From Candidatus Auribacter fodinae (GTDB taxonomy: Bacteria; Auribacterota; Auribacteria; Auribacterales; Auribacteraceae), in contig QZJZ01000073.1 of the NCBI GenBank assembly GCA_003599815.1, positions 14,556 to 78,555 on the forward strand: a stretch of 64,000 nucleotides of DNA, in the 5' to 3' direction. A program made the position numbers and the translations under genes. Positions 56,155 to 64,000 of the stretch are shown piece after piece. Positions within the stretch are counted from its first letter, which is position 1. Each line of letters opens with the position of its first letter. The notes below the pieces were generated by a model. That model ran no database searches, had not been told where the DNA came from, and saw only the letters and a program-made list of their open reading frames with translations.

Positions 56155-57516
56155 ATGGTTATGGAAGAGAACGAAGTATCAAAACGCAATCAGTTGATCG
56201 AATCGCTTCTTTCCGCTGAAACCAACGAGGATCTGTCAGCGATACTTGAAGATACGCATAGCGCGGATATCGCTGATATTCTTGAGGTTCTCAGTAAAGA
56301 CGAAAAACTGCGCATCGTTCATGCCCTGAAACAGGAAACCATCACGGAAATACTTCCCGAGATGGATCCTGATTTTTTTTATCTCCTGCTTGATGATTTC
56401 GGCCCGGAATACATGGCATCCATTTTAGACGAATTGCCATCTGACGAAGCGGCGGACATCATGTCCGAGCTGAACCAGAAAGATCTTGATAACCTCCTGA
56501 GCCTTATGCACAGGCACGAGTCGGCGCTGGTGCGGCGCGTACTGCAGTACCCGGAAGATACCGCAGGGCGCCTTATGTCCACGGATTACGTCGCGATGAA
56601 CGAGAACACAACACCGGAACAGGCGATAGAATATATCCGCTCAAAAAGGCAGGAAGAACCGTTTTATTATGTGTATGTTGTTGATAACAACAATAAATTT
56701 ATCGGGTCTGTTCCGATCCAGAAAATACTCTTCGCCAGCAAAACCAGTACGCTGGGCGTGCTGATAGACGAGGAAGAGACCGTGAGCGTTTCCACGGGTG
56801 TCGATCAGGAAGAAGTCGCCCGTTTGTTTGAGAAATACGATATACCTGCGGTGCCGGTAGTTGACGGGGACGGTCGCCTTGCCGGGCGCATCACGGTAGA
56901 CGACATCATCGACGTTATTTACGAGGAGAACAGTGAAGATATTTACCGCATGGCAGGTACGGATTACGAGGAAGTGTACAGCGACTCGGCGTTCAAGGTG
57001 GCGCGTATCAGACTGCCGTGGCTTTTGACCTGCATTATCGGCAGTTTGTTGTCCGGCGCGGTGATTCATTATTTTGAGATTACCTTGTCAAAGGCGATCG
57101 CGCTGGTGTCTTTTATTCCGGTTATCATGGCGACTGGCGGGAACACGGGACTGCAGTCATGCACAATTATGGTTCGCCGTATGGCGCTGGGCAACGTGTC
57201 GAGCCATAATGTGTTCAGCAGTATTTTCAAAGAAATAAGGACAGGGCTGATTCTGGGGCTGGTGTGCGGGTCGTTTTTATGCCTCATTGCCTTTCTCTGG
57301 CGGGGTGACGCGTCGGTCGGCGTTATTCTCGGTATGTCTATGTTTTGCGCGGTTTCAGCCTCATCAATACTGGGCATCCTCATTCCCATGGTATTTAAAA
57401 AGATCAATATTGACCCTGCGGTGGCTTCAGGCCCGTTCATCACGACTCTCAACGATGTTATCGGACTGACAATTTATCTTTTTCTGGCGACAATTTTATT
57501 ATCGCATGTTTTATAG
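56155..57516 (+). CDS. mgtE: magnesium transporter MgtE
   Basis: MgtE N-domain, tandem CBS domains (VPVVDGDGRLAGRITVDDI), and a C-terminal TM domain with GNTGLQ. Confidence 0.9.
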   Translation: MVMEENEVSKRNQLIESLLSAETNEDLSAILEDTHSADIADILEVLSKDEKLRIVHALKQETITEILPEMDPDFFYLLLDDFGPEYMASILDELPSDEAADIMSELNQKDLDNLLSLMHRHESALVRRVLQYPEDTAGRLMSTDYVAMNENTTPEQAIEYIRSKRQEEPFYYVYVVDNNNKFIGSVPIQKILFASKTSTLGVLIDEEETVSVSTGVDQEEVARLFEKYDIPAVPVVDGDGRLAGRITVDDIIDVIYEENSEDIYRMAGTDYEEVYSDSAFKVARIRLPWLLTCIIGSLLSGAVIHYFEITLSKAIALVSFIPVIMATGGNTGLQSCTIMVRRMALGNVSSHNVFSSIFKEIRTGLILGLVCGSFLCLIAFLWRGDASVGVILGMSMFCAVSASSILGILIPMVFKKINIDPAVASGPFITTLNDVIGLTIYLFLATILLSHVL

Positions 57517-57586
57517 AACCTTCTCCGTTTTCAGTCGTCTAATACACGTCAAAATTATTCCTAACATATTGTTGAAAATATTTTTA

Positions 57587-57614
57587 TTGATTACATCGCA
57601 AAAAACATTATAAT
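57587..57614 (+). promoter_or_regulatory. candidate sigma70-type promoter for eno
   Basis: TTGATT, a 16-nt spacer, then a perfect TATAAT (57609-57614). Confidence 0.4.
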
Positions 57615-57683
57615 GCAGATTTCCAATTGGGAAAAATTTACTTATTGCCATTCAGTTACTAATACATACAAAAAAGGGAGTGA

Positions 57684-59245
<1,562 letters not shown>

Positions 59246-59402
59246 TGTCAGTACGGTGTTTGAATACGGTTAGAACCTTTATTTGTGTTGACATTGGATA
59301 GTGTGTATCTGATACAATATATGAACATATTGAAATAAACCAAGTTAAGGTATAAGGTTAAACAATTAATATATGATTCTCAGCGTTGAAAAGGGGGGCC
59401 CT

Positions 59403-60509
59403 ATGGATAAATCGCAATTGCAATCAATGACGAAACAGGAATTGTCTGAACGCGCCAAAGATTTGAATCTTTCCGGTTTTTCCCGGATGAGCAAGGCGGA
59501 GTTAGTTCAGTTGATTCTGGATAACACCAAATCCGAACCGGTTGCGGAAACTAAAAATTCCCGGACCAAAAAAACAAAAGCTTCCGGCGCTGAATCAAAG
59601 AGCGTATCGAGAACGGTGTCTGAAACCACCACTGCTGTCGTGGATTTTAAAGACGAGGCTGAAAAAAGCAAATATTATGTCGGCGGCGGCATACGCGAAC
59701 AGTTTTATGAAGAAAGTTTTGTTTTTCCGCAAGAGTACGGCTCCACAAAAATAGTGCTTATGGTTCGCGACCCGTATTGGATGTACGCATACTGGGAAGT
59801 GACGTATCAGAAGATTGAGGAAATGAAAAAGAAAATCGGGGATCAGTTTAATAATTCCAAACTGATACTTCGTGTTAAAGATACAACCAATTCATCCGCG
59901 GATGATACGGATAAATATTTTGATATACATCTCGCTCCCGGCGCGAATAACTGGTATATAAATGTTCCCAGCGATTGTTCCGACTATATCGTTGACCTTG
60001 GTTTTCTTTCTCCTGACGGAAAATTTTATCTTGTCGCCCGTTCCAACAGGATTTCGGTTCCGCGAGTCGGCGTCTCTGATGAAGTTGACGAGGAGTACGC
60101 GACCATTGACGAACTGGATAAAATATACGCTTTGTCGGGCGGACTGAGCATCGGTATGAGTTCCGGTGAAATACGTGAAATGATGAAAAAACGTATTGAA
60201 CAGGCTATATCATCAGGCGCTTTTTCCGGTGCGGTCAGCAGTTGGGGAAGCGGCGGGCTGGTCAAGAAAGAAAAGAAAGAACGGAATTTTTTCCTTGTCG
60301 TCAACACAGAACTGATTGTATATGGCGCAACGGTTCCCGATGCTGAACTGACCATTCAGGGCAAGCCGAAAAAGCTCAACCCGGACGGCACTTTTTCCAT
60401 GCGGTTCGCGTTGCCGGACGGTTTGCAGGAAATACCGGTTAAAGCGATATCATCAGATAAAATTGACGAAATCACCATAACTCCTATAGTATCCAAAAAG
60501 ACCGTTTAA
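59403..60509 (+). CDS. Rho_N-domain / DUF4912-like protein
   Basis: LQSMTKQELSERAKDLNLSGFSRMSKAELVQLI is Rho N-terminal-like. MVRDPYWMYAYWEV is typical of DUF4912 as I recall it. Confidence 0.6.
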   Translation: MDKSQLQSMTKQELSERAKDLNLSGFSRMSKAELVQLILDNTKSEPVAETKNSRTKKTKASGAESKSVSRTVSETTTAVVDFKDEAEKSKYYVGGGIREQFYEESFVFPQEYGSTKIVLMVRDPYWMYAYWEVTYQKIEEMKKKIGDQFNNSKLILRVKDTTNSSADDTDKYFDIHLAPGANNWYINVPSDCSDYIVDLGFLSPDGKFYLVARSNRISVPRVGVSDEVDEEYATIDELDKIYALSGGLSIGMSSGEIREMMKKRIEQAISSGAFSGAVSSWGSGGLVKKEKKERNFFLVVNTELIVYGATVPDAELTIQGKPKKLNPDGTFSMRFALPDGLQEIPVKAISSDKIDEITITPIVSKKTV

Positions 60510-60595
60510 CTCGAACCATCCTTTGAAGGGTGCGCTTACGTGCCGCGGTTCTGGATAATTCTTTCGTTCAGTTATGTAAAGGAGATATATAAGTA

Positions 60596-62179
60596 ATGGA
60601 AAAGGGTTATTTGTGTCTGGTTCTGCATGCTCACCTCCCGTTTGTACGGCATCCTGAGCATGAGTTCTTTCTTGAAGAAGACTGGCTGTATGAGGCGATT
60701 ACGGAAACATATATCCCGATGATCCGGGTTTTTGACGGATTGATACAGGATAAAGTCGATTTCCGTATCACAATGACTCTTACCCCAAGCTTGATATCCA
60801 TGCTGGTTGATCCTCTGCTTCAAAACCGGTACCTTCATCATATCAATAAACTGATAGAACTGGCTTCCAAAGAAGTGGAACGTACACGCTGGGAACCGAA
60901 ATTCAATCATTTGGCGTTAATGTACAAAGACTTGTTCATGAACGCCCGCCATATCTTTGAGGATGTCTATAACAAAAATCTGGTCACCGCATTTAAAAAG
61001 TTTCAGGATCTTGGCAAACTTGAAATTATAACCTGCGGAGCGACACATGGTTTCCTTCCATTGATGGAAATCAACCCGCAGGCAGTACGCGCTCAGATTA
61101 AAGTCGCGGTCGATTTACACAAAAAAGAACTCGGTCGCCAGCCGAACGGCATCTGGCTTCCTGAATGCGGGTATTATCCGGGCCATGAAGAGTTTTTAAA
61201 AGAAAACGGCATAAATTTCTTTTTCACGGATTGCCATGGCGTTCTTCACGCCTCGCCGCGGCCCCGCTACGGCGTTTTCGCGCCAGTTTACTGTAAAAAC
61301 AAGGTAGCCGCTTTCGGACGTGACATGGAAACCTCAAAACAGGTCTGGAGCGCTGAGGAAGGATATCCCGGCGATTACGATTACCGTGATTTTTATCGTG
61401 ATATTGGGTATGACCTTGATTTCGAGTACGTCAAACCGTACATCTGCCCTGACGGAACACGTAAAAATACAGGCATAAAATATTTCCGCATCACAGGCCG
61501 GACGAATCACAAGGAAGTATATGAACCGGTCAACGCCCTGGAAAAAGCGGCTTCACATGCCGGCAATTTCATGTTTAACCGGGAAAAACAAATTGAATTT
61601 CTCTTTGATTTCATCAAGAAAAAACCGATCATTGTCGCGCCATATGACGCGGAATTATACGGTCACTGGTGGTTCGAAGGGCCGGATTGGATCAATTTCC
61701 TTCTGCGTAAAATACACCATGACCAGAAAGTGTTCCGAACCATTACTCCAAGCGAGTACCTTCAGGAAAACCCGAAAAATCAGGTTTGCCGTCCATCTGC
61801 CTCAAGCTGGGGGTACAAGGGGTACAATGAAGTCTGGCTCGAAGGCAGTAATGATTGGATTTATCGACACTTGCATACCGCTTCAGATCGCATGATCGAA
61901 CTTGCCAACACCTATCGCGATTCATTCGGGCTCACACGGCGCGCGTTAAAGCAGGCGGCACGGGAATTGCTACTTGCACAAAGCAGTGACTGGGCATTTA
62001 TCATGAAAACCGGTACTATGGTTGAGTACGCTGTCAAACGGACAAAAGACCATATCGCGCGGTTTACCCGTCTCTACGAAGACATAAAACGCGGTTCGAT
62101 TAATGAGGAGTGGCTTGCAGATGTGGAAAACAAGGACAACATCTTTCCGGATATCGATTATACCGTTTACGCAACATAA
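60596..62179 (+). CDS. GH57-family 1,4-alpha-glucan branching enzyme (DUF1957-containing)
   Basis: GYLCLVLHAHLPFVRHPE N-terminus, GATHGFLPL, WLPECGY, and C-terminal AQSSDWAF. Confidence 0.8.
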   Translation: MEKGYLCLVLHAHLPFVRHPEHEFFLEEDWLYEAITETYIPMIRVFDGLIQDKVDFRITMTLTPSLISMLVDPLLQNRYLHHINKLIELASKEVERTRWEPKFNHLALMYKDLFMNARHIFEDVYNKNLVTAFKKFQDLGKLEIITCGATHGFLPLMEINPQAVRAQIKVAVDLHKKELGRQPNGIWLPECGYYPGHEEFLKENGINFFFTDCHGVLHASPRPRYGVFAPVYCKNKVAAFGRDMETSKQVWSAEEGYPGDYDYRDFYRDIGYDLDFEYVKPYICPDGTRKNTGIKYFRITGRTNHKEVYEPVNALEKAASHAGNFMFNREKQIEFLFDFIKKKPIIVAPYDAELYGHWWFEGPDWINFLLRKIHHDQKVFRTITPSEYLQENPKNQVCRPSASSWGYKGYNEVWLEGSNDWIYRHLHTASDRMIELANTYRDSFGLTRRALKQAARELLLAQSSDWAFIMKTGTMVEYAVKRTKDHIARFTRLYEDIKRGSINEEWLADVENKDNIFPDIDYTVYAT

Positions 62180-62600
62180 GACGGTTGCCGCCGTATTTAT
62201 TCTTGCTCTATGCCTGTTCTCAACAGTTGCCGATGCGTCTTTGCAGGATGAAATGGCTGTCGGGAGATTTATTCCTTATAAATCGAAATTCCAGATCGTT
62301 ATGTTTCATTTTGAGCATGGTAAAACATTCATGAGGTTTTATGAGCAATTGCCCTCATCCGTGTATTTGTTTCCTGTGTTTCAAATAATCGTGGCGGGCC
62401 AGCTGAAGGAACTTCCGCTGATAAAGGACGTGACGGACGACGAACTGGACGATATCGTTTTTTCCACGACTTCTCTTCAGGGGATGGTCACGTATAGTGT
62501 GGAACACAAAAAGATGATCATGATTCAAAATACCGGCGATCAGGAAAAACAGATTTCTTTTGAAGAAGAAATGAAAATTATTGAGGACGTCAAACAGTAA
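62121..62600 (+). CDS. hypothetical secreted protein (start uncertain)
   Basis: ORF 62103..62600 overlaps the end of GH57. Signal-like VAAVFILALCLFSTVADA. Confidence 0.35.
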   Translation: MWKTRTTSFRISIIPFTQHKTVAAVFILALCLFSTVADASLQDEMAVGRFIPYKSKFQIVMFHFEHGKTFMRFYEQLPSSVYLFPVFQIIVAGQLKELPLIKDVTDDELDDIVFSTTSLQGMVTYSVEHKKMIMIQNTGDQEKQISFEEEMKIIEDVKQ

Positions 62601-62955
62601 TTGCCGTTAATAACCGAACCATAGCATCTATGCTGAATGGTTTGGAAAGAAGATGATACTTCAGCATATTATTTTGTGTCTCTTCACAGTCGGGCAGTTC
62701 CAGCATGCCGGTCATTAAAACCACCTGAAGGTTTGGCAAATATAAACGCGCTTCCCGGGCGAGTTCGATGCCTGACCGTTTGGGCATTTTCAGGTCAGTC
62801 ATCAGGATGTCTATCTTTTCGTGCTTCAGAATTTCCAGCGCTGTGTCGGTATCCGAAGTAGCGAACAAGGTATAATCGGAGTCAGCGAGAATATCTTTTA
62901 TCAGCTCCAGAAAAATTGCTTCATCATCGACGAAAAGTATTTTATTATAGCTCAT
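62590..62955 (-). CDS. single-domain response regulator (CheY-like receiver)
   Basis: Start at 62955 (MSYNKILFVDDE). DILMTDLKMPKRSG. K in SKPF. Confidence 0.8.
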   Translation of the reverse strand: MSYNKILFVDDEAIFLELIKDILADSDYTLFATSDTDTALEILKHEKIDILMTDLKMPKRSGIELAREARLYLPNLQVVLMTGMLELPDCEETQNNMLKYHLLSKPFSIDAMVRLLTAITV

Positions 62956-63152
62956 AGGCAATAAATATCTATTTAAGAGTGTTGTCAGGGCACGTATTTC
63001 CCTGTGCATATGCGTTCATCAGAGATTATCGGCCGCTGGAGTTTAATTTTTAGAAAAAAATCGGATAAAGTAGTAGTAAAAAACGAGTTTATTCTGCTAT
63101 TATACCGTAAATCAACAAAATGTATATATTTCAGGTTGGAGGAAAAACGAAT

Positions 63153-63677
63153 ATGCCGCAATCATTCGACTTTAAAATCCTTGCCAAACTCAGGAAAAAA
63201 AAGCGTCTTACTATTGAGAAGCTTGCTCAAATCGCAGGGATATCATACTCAGCCGTAGCTGATATAGAGCGTAATAAAGTGACCCCTAACCTTGAGACGC
63301 TGAATAAAATCGCGAATGTTCTTGATTATCGTACCTCCGATATTATTTCTTTGGTGGAAGGACGGCAGGCTGAGATTTTTAAAACAGGCGAGAATATGCG
63401 GTGCAACGGGTTTGAGATGCGTTTTTTCCCTCTTTCCAATATCCGTTTTGTGTATGGGCATGCCAAAGAAGCTCATTCTTCGGAAGAGAAACATAATACT
63501 CATCCTAACAACACTGAACTTATGTTTGTTATTAAAGGCGCGTGCCGTATTGTGATTGAGGAAAACGAGTATATTGTTCATGCGGGTGAACTCATGCAGT
63601 TTGAAGGGTTTCAGCGCCATTATTACGAGGCTCTGGAAAACGATACGAGCATAATACTGATTCATCAGAGCAAGTAA
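63153..63677 (+). CDS. XRE-family HTH regulator with C-terminal cupin domain
   Basis: Start at 63153 after GGAGG. HTH region LTIEKLAQIAGISYSAVADIERNK. Cupin part: H..NTELMFVIKG...GELMQF. Confidence 0.75.
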   Translation: MPQSFDFKILAKLRKKKRLTIEKLAQIAGISYSAVADIERNKVTPNLETLNKIANVLDYRTSDIISLVEGRQAEIFKTGENMRCNGFEMRFFPLSNIRFVYGHAKEAHSSEEKHNTHPNNTELMFVIKGACRIVIEENEYIVHAGELMQFEGFQRHYYEALENDTSIILIHQSK

Positions 63678-63752
63678 TGTGTCTGCATCCAGCCTTTGCG
63701 GATAAACAAAAATGTCTGTTTGTACTCTAATTGTGGTGGAGGATAGTTGAAT

Positions 63753-64000
63753 ATGTTAGATAGCATCAGGTCATTTTTAGACGAGTTTCCATACATAATA
63801 GATTGTGTTGATTCAAAAGGTAAGATAGTTTTCTGGAATCAGGCCGCTGAGAAAGAAACCGGATATAGTTCCAAAACAGTTCTTACTCATCCTGATGTAT
63901 GGACATTACTGTATCCTGATGCCGGATACAGAGAATTGCAGTTTAGCGCCGCATCGTTGAAAATGTGGCGGCTGGCAGGGGATTTGTTTCATATCACTAC
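63753..64000 (+). CDS. PAS-domain sensor protein, N-terminal fragment (runs off the window)
   Basis: ATG at 63753 after GGAGG. The PAS start reads FPYIIDCVDSKGKIVFWNQAAEKETGYS. Confidence 0.6.
   Translation, partial: MLDSIRSFLDEFPYIIDCVDSKGKIVFWNQAAEKETGYSSKTVLTHPDVWTLLYPDAGYRELQFSAASLKMWRLAGDLFHIT

Overview
Bacterial chromosomal window, gene-dense, with AGGAGG-type ribosome-binding sites. No rRNA, tRNA or CRISPR array was found. PEP-CTERM proteins, TPR-fused glycosyltransferases and dispersed palindromic elements suggest an uncultivated environmental lineage; I cannot assign taxonomy from sequence alone.

Layout:
- 1-6890: a tightly packed same-strand block of phage-like structural genes (beta-propeller-like protein, tail-fibre-like protein, small unknowns, LamG lectin, SGNH esterase). 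Its left end lies outside the window.
- 6894-11234: housekeeping genes (cca, ssb, folK-folB plus a pteridine-reductase-like SDR).
- 11454-18979: assimilatory sulfate reduction cluster (ferredoxin-type sulfite reductase, a TPR/GltD-like/ferredoxin fusion, cysH, cysD, cysN with a degenerate APS-kinase domain). Both cysH and cysD carry frameshifts: a 13-bp tandem duplication in cysH and a 1-nt deletion in cysD.
- 19125-24075: cell-surface cluster (PEP-CTERM protein, secreted protein with duplicated PPFFFW modules, GT2-TPR, GT39-like).
- 24038-27670: miscellaneous genes (lipoprotein-type AMMECR1, isochorismatase-family hydrolase, DUF2652-like protein, FecR-domain protein).
- 28235-37599: a hybrid PAS histidine kinase downstream of a 2084-aa membrane-anchored multidomain giant protein of unknown function. 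This is my top candidate for something undescribed.
- 37716-43330: oxidoreductase, pncB, and an MNT gene with a truncated HEPN remnant next to an AT-rich two-gene islet.
- 43478-51766: lexA with a palindromic operator candidate, a PiT transporter, and a hemA-hemC-cobA/hemD-hemB-hemL cluster. hemC lacks its cofactor-binding domain 3. The cluster is coupled to a cysteine synthase carrying an N-terminal ThiS-like domain.
- 51809-64000: TMTC-like TPR membrane protein, aroB, rlmN, mgtE, eno, ftsB, Rho_N/DUF4912 plus a GH57 branching enzyme, and regulators.

Functional calls rest on motif recognition by eye. No searches were run.
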